Notes under the pieces: model-generated
The model's database searches: none
The model's input: the letters and a program-made list of their open reading frames with translations, nothing else
What the model was told of the DNA's origin: nothing
Shown: positions 28,649-37,574 of the stretch, in pieces
Layout of the letters: each line of letters starts with the position of its first letter
Position numbering within the stretch: the stretch's first letter is position 1
Made by a program: the position numbers and the translations under genes
Origin: an uncultured Myxococcales bacterium
GTDB taxonomy: Bacteria; Myxococcota; UBA4151
Direction: 5' to 3'
Length of the DNA stretch: 63,464 nucleotides
Assembly (NCBI GenBank): GCA_964013405.1
Contig: CAXGWI010000008.1
Span: forward strand, 1-63,464

Positions 28649-29074
28649 ATGTTCAGTTCCATTCTCGATGCCATCATTGGCGGCGCCATCATTGGCCTTG
28701 CCGCCTCGTGGCTCCTGCTGGCGAAAGGACGAGTTGCCGGGATCAGCGGTATCGTCGGGTCCCTCTTGACCCCCTGGAGTGACGACTCCGTATGGCGGCT
28801 GAGCTTCGTCGGCGGTCTGCTTGTTGGCGGCGCGCTTCTCGTCCTCATCTTACCCACCGCAATCGTTGCACCCAGTGGACGGTCACTGGCCTTGCTTGCC
28901 GCCGCCGGCCTCGCCGTCGGCTATGGCACCCAGTTGGGGAGCGGCTGTACCAGCGGTCACGGCATCTGTGGGCTGAGCCGGTTCTCGCCCCGATCCCTCG
29001 TCGCAACGCTCACTTTTATGGCGACGGGTTTCGCCACCGCGACCGTGATCGGTCTGATGGGAGTTGGCTCATGA
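28649..29074 (+). CDS. YeeE/YedE-family sulfur-compound transporter subunit
   Basis: GRVAGISGI and GSGCTSGHGICG..R.SPRS motifs. Confidence 0.9.
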   Translation: MFSSILDAIIGGAIIGLAASWLLLAKGRVAGISGIVGSLLTPWSDDSVWRLSFVGGLLVGGALLVLILPTAIVAPSGRSLALLAAAGLAVGYGTQLGSGCTSGHGICGLSRFSPRSLVATLTFMATGFATATVIGLMGVGS

Positions 29075-29520
29075 ATCGCCCTCTTGCCGCCTTTCTCGGT
29101 GGTGTCATCTTCGCAGTGGGCTTGGGTATCTCGGGGATGACAGACGCCAATAAAGTGATTGGATTTTTGAACCTTGCTGGACCGTGGGATCCAAGCCTGG
29201 CTTTTGTGATGGTCGGCGGGATTGGCGTCCACTTGGCCCTCTACCGACTGATCTTACGCCGTGAAAGCCCACTGTTGAGTACTCGGTTCCACCTACCCAC
29301 CCGCCGGGACATCACCCCTCAGTTGGTGGGAGGAGCGGCCCTCTTTGGTATCGGCTGGGGCGCCGGTGGGTTTTGCCCCGGCCCTGGCATCGTCTCTGTG
29401 GTCGGATTCGGCTCCCCCGCTGTCGTCTTTGTTCTCGCCATGATCGGCGGGATGGGCTTGCATCGATTTCTCCACCCCCCAGTGACGACCACCGCAAATC
29501 CAACGGAGGCACCATCGTAG
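29071..29520 (+). CDS. YeeE/YedE-family partner subunit
   Basis: GLGISGM....KVIGFL....WDPSL.FVM and FGIGWG..GFCPGP; ATGA overlap gives the start at 29071. Confidence 0.9.
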   Translation: MNRPLAAFLGGVIFAVGLGISGMTDANKVIGFLNLAGPWDPSLAFVMVGGIGVHLALYRLILRRESPLLSTRFHLPTRRDITPQLVGGAALFGIGWGAGGFCPGPGIVSVVGFGSPAVVFVLAMIGGMGLHRFLHPPVTTTANPTEAPS

Positions 29521-29848
29521 TCGTCGCCCTCCTCGCCGGCCTGATCATTCTACTCTCACTAGACCTGTCGGTTTGGTGTCTGGCCCGCGACCGATCGCTT
29601 CCCCCTCGACCTTCCAATCTCGAGCCACCGACACAGCAACGGCCCATGCCCAGGACGTCATGCCCCGCCATGACCCCAGATATGAGGCCCCTTAGCACCT
29701 GCATTTTGGCGGCGATGATGAGCCACAAAAAAACTTTTTTTGGCCCCTTGGCGGCCACTCCACTTGCTCATAGGCTCCGCCTCCATAGGAACCAAATCAA
29801 AAGGCTGCGAACGCAGATTCGCACAGAAAATCCCTAAAGGAGTTTACC

Positions 29849-31954
29849 ATGAGCACACTGGTCCAGAACCGCCTTCAAGAAGCTGGCTACGCCCTTGTTT
29901 ATCCCTCGGAAAGAGAGGGCAAGACCCTGTTAGAGATGTTTGGCATCCGGGGGATGATTTACCCTGCGGCGAACAGTCCCGGGAGCGGGGAAAACCCCAG
30001 TAGCTTTATCGGTTCGCTCGGCAATCTTTTCGGTGTCCCCGATGACTTTGTGACCGATCGAACGGTCGGAATATTTGTCAATTGGCCGCTGCAGGCAACC
30101 TCGGCCGTGGACTTTCTCGCACGCAACGGTTCGGCCACTGAGAACAACGCCGACGACTTCTACCGACTGGCGACTTACTTGGCCAAGTTCGAGTCGGCCA
30201 CCATGGATGACGAGGAAGTGGCGGCGCTCCGCAGTTTCCTTGAGGCGGGTATCGGCGCGAGTAATTGGGTGGTCCGGTGTCAGGCAGCCATCGGGCTCGG
30301 ACACCTAGGCGGTGACGAGAGCGCCGCTGCCATGGCCAGTCAGCTTGCGGACGACGACAAGGACGTGGTGGCCGATACCCTTGCAGGGCTCGCCTATTGT
30401 GGTGGAATCAAGGCACTGGCTGCGGACGGCTCCATCGATCGCTATGTGACCGGTGACCACAGCGACTTTGTGGAGCAGGCCTTACCCTATATCTTAGACG
30501 GCGATCTCGACGCTGCCGAGGTCATCAGTGAGTTTGGCGTCAACGATACTCGCTCTGTCCGGTTGCTTGCCGCCGGTGCCACACCCTCCGCAGATTTGTT
30601 CGAGTACTTTACGGACAAACTCGCGAACGAAGATTGGAATTCAACCAAGCACCTGATCGAAGCCCTGCTTCGGTCTGCACCGGCCGATGGGGACGTAGAT
30701 GTCTCCCGATTCTTTGCGATCCTAGATGACGTCTCGGAAGGGGGAAGCACCTATTCACAAACACAGGTCCTGCTCGGCGCGCTGCCCCTATCTCCCGAGG
30801 CCGCCAACGAGGTCGTTCAGGACCTGTTGAGCCGGGACGTGTCTGATGGCGACGCCAAAAAGTCCCGTGCGCTGGCCGTCGGCAAGTTAGCACCCAATGA
30901 ATTCGGCCGCTGCGGCGTGGACGCCCACGAGTTACTGAGCTTCGGCTACAGCCGCATGGAGACCCTCGTCGAAGGCTGGTCCTCCTCGCCAGCCTTCGAC
31001 CTAGTGTATGGCAGCACACCCAACCAGACACAAAGGAACCTGCTCACGTCCTTGCTCGTTTCGAACCAACGGCAGCTGGGGGAGATGAGCGTGCTCGCTG
31101 CCACGATCCTGGCCCGCTATCCAGAGTGCCAACCCTTCATGGAGAAAAAGATCGTCGAAACAAACACCGCGACCGATGTGCGCAGAGCCTGTGCCAGCGC
31201 GCTCATCGCAAGCGATACCGAGACGGTTGTGCCCACCGCATTGCTGCGCACGCTGTTGTCGACCAAAGGCGGTCCCTTGGCACCGTCACCGGAAAACTTC
31301 GGCCTGCTCCTGGCCCAACTCGGCGACTACGACTGCAATGAACATGCTGCGCAGTTGCTGAGTACGGCCACCCCAGAACAACGGAGGGCAGTCCGCGCCT
31401 TCGTCGATTTCAAGCGGTCGCTGGGAGAATCCAACGCGGGTCTCATCGCGGCTGGCTTGCACGTTGGCGGCAAGCCGGTCAGCTACTTCGACTCGTCTCA
31501 GGTCAATCGGGCGGTCAATGAGAACACATTGCTGGCCTTGAAATGGGAAGAGGACGTGCCGGCTGGTCGGCTTGCGGGCCTCCTGAACCAAGAGGATTCA
31601 GCCCTCGATATCTTCCAATCGGCCTTGGTTGAAGGCAACGACCGGGAAGATATGGAAGCCCTTGCGCGGGCAGCGGGCGACTCCACCATTTTGACAGATG
31701 AAGACCTGGCGAATGGTGTCCTGGCTCTGGGTCGAAAGAGCGGCTGGGTTGCGAAGGAGGCTGCTGGCCGCTTGGCAAAGGCAGCGGGCGAACGACTCAC
31801 CGAAACGCCGCAGTTTGACGATGTTGCCAGCTTGTTGATCGAGTTGACACAAGACAGCGACACCGACGTCGAGCGCGACAGCAAAGCAGCCTGCGCTGTC
31901 TTGGGGATCGAGTGGGATTCCGAGTCCGACGAAATAGAGAACGAGGATGGCTAG
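29849..31954 (+). CDS. Acidic alpha-helical HEAT-repeat protein
   Basis: WVVRCQAAIGLGHLG, LADDDKDV, DVRRACASAL, LTQDSDTDVER HEAT-like units; AAGGAG RBS. Confidence 0.65.
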   Translation: MSTLVQNRLQEAGYALVYPSEREGKTLLEMFGIRGMIYPAANSPGSGENPSSFIGSLGNLFGVPDDFVTDRTVGIFVNWPLQATSAVDFLARNGSATENNADDFYRLATYLAKFESATMDDEEVAALRSFLEAGIGASNWVVRCQAAIGLGHLGGDESAAAMASQLADDDKDVVADTLAGLAYCGGIKALAADGSIDRYVTGDHSDFVEQALPYILDGDLDAAEVISEFGVNDTRSVRLLAAGATPSADLFEYFTDKLANEDWNSTKHLIEALLRSAPADGDVDVSRFFAILDDVSEGGSTYSQTQVLLGALPLSPEAANEVVQDLLSRDVSDGDAKKSRALAVGKLAPNEFGRCGVDAHELLSFGYSRMETLVEGWSSSPAFDLVYGSTPNQTQRNLLTSLLVSNQRQLGEMSVLAATILARYPECQPFMEKKIVETNTATDVRRACASALIASDTETVVPTALLRTLLSTKGGPLAPSPENFGLLLAQLGDYDCNEHAAQLLSTATPEQRRAVRAFVDFKRSLGESNAGLIAAGLHVGGKPVSYFDSSQVNRAVNENTLLALKWEEDVPAGRLAGLLNQEDSALDIFQSALVEGNDREDMEALARAAGDSTILTDEDLANGVLALGRKSGWVAKEAAGRLAKAAGERLTETPQFDDVASLLIELTQDSDTDVERDSKAACAVLGIEWDSESDEIENEDG

Positions 31955-31994
31955 AACAGTGGCCGACGGATGGCTTGAAGCAAGCTAGAGGAGT

Positions 31995-33539
31995 GTGATG
32001 ATGGAAACAGAGACAGTAGAGAGCAGCGGAACGGTGACCTTGCGAGGTCGGTGGAAGGACAAACCAGGCGTCGTCGAGCGTCTCGAAGAGGCTGGTATCA
32101 CCATCGTCAAAAGTGCGTCTTCGGCCGATGTCTTTTTGGTCGAAGGCACGCCGGCTCAATACATCGTCAACCAAGCTCGGCGAGCCAACAAGGAAGTCCT
32201 CGACATCGAGGTCTACCTCGCCGGTCTATCGGTCCTAGAGAATGCCCAGGCTGCGCCGATGGTGGACTTCCCACGCCGGTCGGCCATCGAAGTCGGCGAT
32301 GGTTGGGTGCGCATCTTGGACATCACACTGGCACGGAACAACGATCCGGGCCCGCTCTGCCCTCCGGCCTCGAGATTCGCTTCATTTACCTTCGACAGCC
32401 CCACCCTGCTCGCAGCCCGAACGATTGCTTTGGGTGTGCGCTATGGCTTGCCGGTGCTGCTCGAAGGAGAGACAGCGACGGCGAAGACATCGGCCATTCG
32501 CTGGGTCGCCCATCTGACCGGCAACCAGCTCACGCGCATCAACCTCAATGGTCAAACCGACACCTCGGAGTTGGTGGGGCGTTATGTTCCCTCTGGTGGA
32601 CTGCCGGAGATCGATATCTGGGCTTATAAGGCCTTCATCGAAGAAAACGCCGACGATTCCGGTGTGAACCTCAGTCCAGAGACCGAGGCATTGATCCTGA
32701 AGGCCTGCGCTGCCAACGAGGGCCGAGGCCGCCCGCTGACCCAAGTAGAGGTCCAGCAGATCATGGCCAATGAGACACTGCAGCAGCCCCAGTGGGGCTT
32801 CTTGGAGGGGGCCGTACCACGGGCTCTACGGGAGGGCCATTGGGTCATTCTTGACGAGGTCAACCTGGCCGAAGCCCAGGTCCTCGAACGGCTAAACCCC
32901 GTCCTTGAGAACCCCCCGACGATGGTGCTCACCGAAGGTCACGGCACTCGCTTCGGGGGCGGGGGCGGTGTGCCCGTCCATGGGGACTTCCGCATGTTCG
33001 CAACCATGAACCCAGCCTCCTACGCTGGGCGTACCGCACTGTCTCCGGCCTATCGTGATCGCTGGCGCCTCTCCAGCTTCCTCACCTCTCCAGGGGAGCG
33101 GGAGATGCACCAAATGCTGCGGCGGCTCGTCTTTGGCGAGCAGCCGGAGGTGATCTGGCGCGGTGTCGTCTATCAAGCGGATGCGGGCGAATCCCTCTAT
33201 CCGGAACTCAAGGAAGTGGAAGGGATCGACGAACTCCTGCGGAACTTGTCCGTGTTTCATGCCTCGGTGTGCGCTGCAGCCGGTTCAGGGGGTAGTGCCT
33301 CGATCGGTCGGACCCGTCGGGAACGCTACACCTTCACCCGCCGAACCATGCTTGCGGCGATGGATTTGTTAGGCCGGCTGACGACCGAGCCCGAGAAGCC
33401 GGTCACCGGGGCGGCCGACGTGGCGACCATCATCGAAGATATTCTTGAGGCACTCTACGTGTCGCGCTTGCAGGACCAGGCCGACCAGCAGTCCGTCCGG
33501 ACCGCCATGCGCGCAGCCGGGCTGGCGCAAGAGCGGTGA
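31995..33539 (+). CDS. MoxR/midasin-like AAA+ ATPase with N-terminal BRCT-like domain
   Basis: LLEGETATAKT (Walker A), RINLNGQTD, GHWVILDEVNLA (Walker B), FATMNP (sensor 1), LSPAYRDRW (R finger). Start may be ATG 31998 or 32001. Confidence 0.85.
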   Translation: MMMETETVESSGTVTLRGRWKDKPGVVERLEEAGITIVKSASSADVFLVEGTPAQYIVNQARRANKEVLDIEVYLAGLSVLENAQAAPMVDFPRRSAIEVGDGWVRILDITLARNNDPGPLCPPASRFASFTFDSPTLLAARTIALGVRYGLPVLLEGETATAKTSAIRWVAHLTGNQLTRINLNGQTDTSELVGRYVPSGGLPEIDIWAYKAFIEENADDSGVNLSPETEALILKACAANEGRGRPLTQVEVQQIMANETLQQPQWGFLEGAVPRALREGHWVILDEVNLAEAQVLERLNPVLENPPTMVLTEGHGTRFGGGGGVPVHGDFRMFATMNPASYAGRTALSPAYRDRWRLSSFLTSPGEREMHQMLRRLVFGEQPEVIWRGVVYQADAGESLYPELKEVEGIDELLRNLSVFHASVCAAAGSGGSASIGRTRRERYTFTRRTMLAAMDLLGRLTTEPEKPVTGAADVATIIEDILEALYVSRLQDQADQQSVRTAMRAAGLAQER

Positions 33540-35257
33540 GCGATCCCTCCATTCCGGTGAATGAGGACGGTCTGCCGGAGCGTACACAAGTCCATGAGCT
33601 CATGGATGAACTGGACGATTTAGTCTGCATGCTCTCCATGCGGGACGAATTGGTGCTGCAGGCAGGCCCCCCGGGCTCCGGGTGGTTCTTCCAACCGGCG
33701 ACGCGCATCGTGAACGCCGACCGGGGCGACCTGGAAACCCGCGAGCCAGACTTCTGTCGTGGCCTCATCACCCACGAGGCTGCCCATGCCGCGGTGACCC
33801 GTTACTTCGATATGATCCCGAGACGGTTGTTTGAGGGGCCGCACCTGCCCACCTTGCTCAACGTCATCGAGGACTGTCGCATCGAAGAATGGTTGCAGCG
33901 CCGCCTCCCCGGCTGCAAGCCGATGGTGGAGCTCTACAACAACATCCTGTTCGCGCCCTTGCTTGAGCCGGACCAACTTCCCTCATCGGCCTGTGGCCAG
34001 TTCTGCATGTCGATCCTGGGCCGCTGGTGGTACGGCGATTTCCCTGAGGGGGTTGAACCCGTCGTCGAGGATGCGCTCGAAGAGGCTTGGCCCGAGATCA
34101 GCAAAGCCATCGCCCTCCAACCCCCAGCGGTCTTCGTCGACGCAGAGCCGGTCCGGGCGCTCTACCTACGGCACCCTGTCTCCCGGGTTTACCTCACCAA
34201 GGATTTTGGCAACTCCCCCACCGGCATCGAAATGATGGTGCGCATGTACCAGTACAATATGTGGGGCCAGGTCTATCAACAGGTCCTGCCGGTCTTTCAG
34301 CGCCTCCAAGAGCATGACCGTAAGCAAATGGGCGAGAAGGCAAACCAAGACCTTGCCCAACTGCTCTCCCAGATCCGTCCCGTGCCAGATCCCAATTCGC
34401 TGCCGCAGACCGGCGGTGGTCGCCAGGTCATGGGAGCCCCAGCGTGGAGCCAAGCGGCGGGTCCAGGCCCCGGGGGTGCGGCAGGCTTGTCTGCAGCCAT
34501 TGCCAGCGCACTCGCCGCTGACCCCCACGATAAGTACCTCCAGACCTGGCAGAGTCTTTCAAGTCTGATCGATCAACTCGCCCAGGACCTCATCCGCTTG
34601 TTCGAGGCCACCCTGCGGTCAAAATGGTTGCGTTTCCAATCCAGTGGCACACGGCTCGATGTCCGCACTGTGATGCAGTTTGAAGCCGACAAACGCTTGT
34701 ATGACCGGATTTGGCGACGGCGCACCGTGCCCAAACGGATCGATCCAGCCTTCATCCTGTTGATGGATGTGTCTGGCTCCATGGGGGGAGACCCCATCGA
34801 GCACGCCTTCGAAGGTGTCGTGCTGATGACCGAGGTCTGTGCGCGACTCGGGATCCCCGTCGATATCTGGACCTTTGGCAACAAAGCCCAGCACCTGCAC
34901 AGTTGGGAGACCCCCATCAGCGCCGAGACCCGGGCAACCCTGGGGCGAGTGGTGCAGCAATGCGGTGGCGGTACCGACATGGCCGGTGGGATCGAGGCTG
35001 TCACCGATGCCCTGGGGGAACTCCCCCACAAGGACAAGGTCTGCTTCGTTCTTGGCGATGGTGAACCAAACGACGAACGTGCGACCCGCAAAGCGGTCCG
35101 AGTCCTTGAGAATCAGGACTGCACGGTCCTGGGTTTAGGCATCGGAAACTCAACGGAGAATCTGGGCCGGTTCTTCAACGACGGCCTCTACAATGTGCCC
35201 GTGGAGCGCATCGCCACGTCGCTGGCCCGCATGCTCCGCAAATACTTTCTCAACTGA
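33536..35257 (+). CDS. vWA-domain protein with N-terminal HExxH region (CobT/NorD-like MoxR partner)
   Basis: HEAAH and NVIEDCRIE; MIDAS DVSGSM, GGGT, LGDGEP; GTGA overlap with the AAA gene. Confidence 0.85.
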   Translation: MSDPSIPVNEDGLPERTQVHELMDELDDLVCMLSMRDELVLQAGPPGSGWFFQPATRIVNADRGDLETREPDFCRGLITHEAAHAAVTRYFDMIPRRLFEGPHLPTLLNVIEDCRIEEWLQRRLPGCKPMVELYNNILFAPLLEPDQLPSSACGQFCMSILGRWWYGDFPEGVEPVVEDALEEAWPEISKAIALQPPAVFVDAEPVRALYLRHPVSRVYLTKDFGNSPTGIEMMVRMYQYNMWGQVYQQVLPVFQRLQEHDRKQMGEKANQDLAQLLSQIRPVPDPNSLPQTGGGRQVMGAPAWSQAAGPGPGGAAGLSAAIASALAADPHDKYLQTWQSLSSLIDQLAQDLIRLFEATLRSKWLRFQSSGTRLDVRTVMQFEADKRLYDRIWRRRTVPKRIDPAFILLMDVSGSMGGDPIEHAFEGVVLMTEVCARLGIPVDIWTFGNKAQHLHSWETPISAETRATLGRVVQQCGGGTDMAGGIEAVTDALGELPHKDKVCFVLGDGEPNDERATRKAVRVLENQDCTVLGLGIGNSTENLGRFFNDGLYNVPVERIATSLARMLRKYFLN

Positions 35258-35345
35258 TCGCCAGCTCCCCTGGCTGTGATGCGTCTCTCTTGCCACCGAG
35301 CAACGACGTTGTAGGGGTCTCGCACGAGCCAAAGGGGGAGGCGCC

Positions 35346-36281
35346 ATGAGTGGCAGATTCGTCGATGGAAAATGGCTAAGCAAGGAACATTGGGAGGCCG
35401 ATCAAGGAGGGGCTTTCAAGCGTCAAGAAAGCCGTTTTCGAGCCTGGGTCTCGGAACCCGAAGCCCATCGCTATCACCTCTATATCTCCCATGCCTGCCC
35501 TTGGGCTCACCGCACGCTCATCGTGCGCCGATTGATGGGCCTAGAAGCGGTGGTGGGTTGCTCCACCGTCCACCCCCTCATGGGTGGGGATGGCTGGCAT
35601 TTCGATGGCTCAGATCCCCACTTTCCCTCGGCGGATCCGCTCTATGCTTCGGGCCACCTCAAGGAGCTCTACCTACGCAGCGATGACCGAGTGAATGGCC
35701 GAGTCACGGTCCCCGTCCTTTGGGACCGAAAAAAAGAATGCATCGCAAACAACGAAAGCAGCGATATAATCCGTATGTTTTCGACTGATTTCAGATCTCT
35801 AGGCAGGCCTCTTCTCGACCTCTACCCTGAGGCTTTGAGATCCGAAATCGACCTCGTTATGGATGGGATCTATCAGCCCATCAACAACGGCGTGTATCGA
35901 TGCGGCTTTGCCCAGACCTTTGAGGCCTACACCGATGCCCTCGAATCCCTCTTCTCTGCTCTTGATCACTGGGACCGGATCCTGAAGCAACAACCCTTTC
36001 TCTGTGGCTCTACACCCACGCTGGCGGATGTCGCCCTGTTTACGACCCTCATTCGCTTCGATGCAGTCTACTACGTCCACTTCAAGACCTCGAAGCGCCA
36101 CATCTACGAGTTCGAGGGCCTTTGGGGCTTCGTGAAGCGATTTTACCGGCTCCCAGGAATTGCTGAGACCCTTCACATGGATCACATCAAGACCCACTAC
36201 TTTGCGAGTCACCGACAACTCAACCCCCGGGGCTTCGTGCCGCCGGGACCGGATGTCGAGGCGATGCTCGGCCTTCAGTGA
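35346..36281 (+). CDS. yqjG: Glutathionyl-hydroquinone reductase (GST Xi/omega-like)
   Basis: RYHLYIS.ACPWAHR, TVPVLWD, NNESSDI, INNGVYRCGFA, RFDAVY..HFK, HIKTHY..SH..LNP. Confidence 0.92.
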   Translation: MSGRFVDGKWLSKEHWEADQGGAFKRQESRFRAWVSEPEAHRYHLYISHACPWAHRTLIVRRLMGLEAVVGCSTVHPLMGGDGWHFDGSDPHFPSADPLYASGHLKELYLRSDDRVNGRVTVPVLWDRKKECIANNESSDIIRMFSTDFRSLGRPLLDLYPEALRSEIDLVMDGIYQPINNGVYRCGFAQTFEAYTDALESLFSALDHWDRILKQQPFLCGSTPTLADVALFTTLIRFDAVYYVHFKTSKRHIYEFEGLWGFVKRFYRLPGIAETLHMDHIKTHYFASHRQLNPRGFVPPGPDVEAMLGLQ

Positions 36282-36368
36282 GCCCAGGGCTGCCCTGAGC
36301 AGCCACAGTTGAGGCTTGCCCTAGGCAGGCACCGCCTGGTTCAGCCATAAGCGAGTCGAGGAGGGCCT

Positions 36369-37115
36369 ATGGTGAGGACCAAGCCGAGAGGCATCATGGG
36401 GGCCATGATTGCCACGTCGATGCTGCTCGCCTGCGGTCTCACCGAATCGGTCACGCCTGACGGGGGACCACCGGAACGGCAAGAGCTGACGACCGATGCC
36501 GCGGTGGGCGATCCCGTTCCCGAGCTGCGCTTCACCCATAAGATGTTCAAAAGCACCGGTGAGAACATGTTTTCGACCTTGGGCTACGAGTGCTTCGAAT
36601 GCACCTTTGAGCAATTCCTAGCCATCGACCCACCAGAAGGCTGGTCAAAAGGCCCCACCCAGGTCGTACTTCCCGTTGGCGAACTCCGCAGTCGCCCCTC
36701 CTTTGAGGGCGTGCCCGATGCGGTCGACTTCGTGCCTGAGATTCCCGGCGACGAATATCTACTGATCGTCAAAAATCTTGATGCCCGCTTCGTAGAGACC
36801 GGGCCCAATGGCATCATCGTGGAAGCCCAGGTCATGCGCGATACGGTCCTGCGCTATGCCGCGGGTCAGCGGGTCCATGAACTCACCGCTCCCGACGGCG
36901 ATATCTTCACGCTCTTCGCCTATGAAGTGGATCCTCGGAATGTGAATCCACCGGACTTTCAGGCAGCCGATGCACTCGGCGACTTTACGGGCCCCGAAGG
37001 CTGGACCTATTCAAGCCGCATCCTCGAGGAGGAGATGGCCCTCGACACCCCGGAAACTGCCACCGTCCTCGCCATCCGTGCAGAGACCCAATCGGGATGG
37101 CAAAAACGAGAGTAA
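36369..37115 (+). CDS. Hypothetical lipoprotein
   Basis: Lipobox LLAC; GAGGAGG RBS; no family recognised. Confidence 0.6.
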   Translation: MVRTKPRGIMGAMIATSMLLACGLTESVTPDGGPPERQELTTDAAVGDPVPELRFTHKMFKSTGENMFSTLGYECFECTFEQFLAIDPPEGWSKGPTQVVLPVGELRSRPSFEGVPDAVDFVPEIPGDEYLLIVKNLDARFVETGPNGIIVEAQVMRDTVLRYAAGQRVHELTAPDGDIFTLFAYEVDPRNVNPPDFQAADALGDFTGPEGWTYSSRILEEEMALDTPETATVLAIRAETQSGWQKRE

Positions 37116-37157
37116 GAGCCGGTACAGCCCCAAACGCATCGGCCGAGGAATCACTTC

Positions 37158-37574
37158 ATGCAGAAATTGCGAGTCGCCCGCCCCACCGACCAACTCGAAG
37201 CCATCGCAGCCATGTATGTGGAAGGTCTCAACCTGCAGGTCATCGGCCATTTTGAGGATCATGACGACTTTGACGGCGTGATGGTGGGAGACTTCGGGGC
37301 CCCCTATCACCTCGAGTTTACTTCCGCGCGAGGTCATGAAGCCGGGCGAGCCCCGACCGAAGACAATCTGTTGATCTTCTACATCCCGGACCCCCTCGAT
37401 TGGGAGGCAGCCTGCGCACGGATGGAGGCTGCCGGCTTCCAGCCCGTCCCCTCCTTCAACCCCTACTGGGACCTCAGAGGGCGTACTTTTGAAGATCTGG
37501 ATGGCTACCGGGTCGTCCTTCAAAATACGCCATGGGACCGCCGAGAGGCTTTGCAGGAGTTCCCATCACTTTGA
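37158..37574 (+). CDS. VOC/glyoxalase-family protein (YycE-like)
   Basis: LRVARPT, FEDHDDFDGVM.G, HLEFT, NPYW...G.TFED.DGYRVVL. Confidence 0.88.
   Translation: MQKLRVARPTDQLEAIAAMYVEGLNLQVIGHFEDHDDFDGVMVGDFGAPYHLEFTSARGHEAGRAPTEDNLLIFYIPDPLDWEAACARMEAAGFQPVPSFNPYWDLRGRTFEDLDGYRVVLQNTPWDRREALQEFPSL

Noticed and set aside
29727..29741. A7-C-T7 palindrome
   Set aside because: A one-base loop cannot form a hairpin; more likely an AT-rich UP-element-like tract.
29747..29770. Sigma54-like TGGC...TTGCT upstream of the HEAT operon
   Set aside because: The GG-N10-GC spacing is not met; a sigma70-like TTGGCG-N17-TAGGCT fits better but is weak.
29373..29837. 154-aa ORF bridging yedE and the HEAT gene
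   Set aside because: It overlaps a real gene out of frame, has no RBS or recognisable motif, and crosses the probable promoter region.
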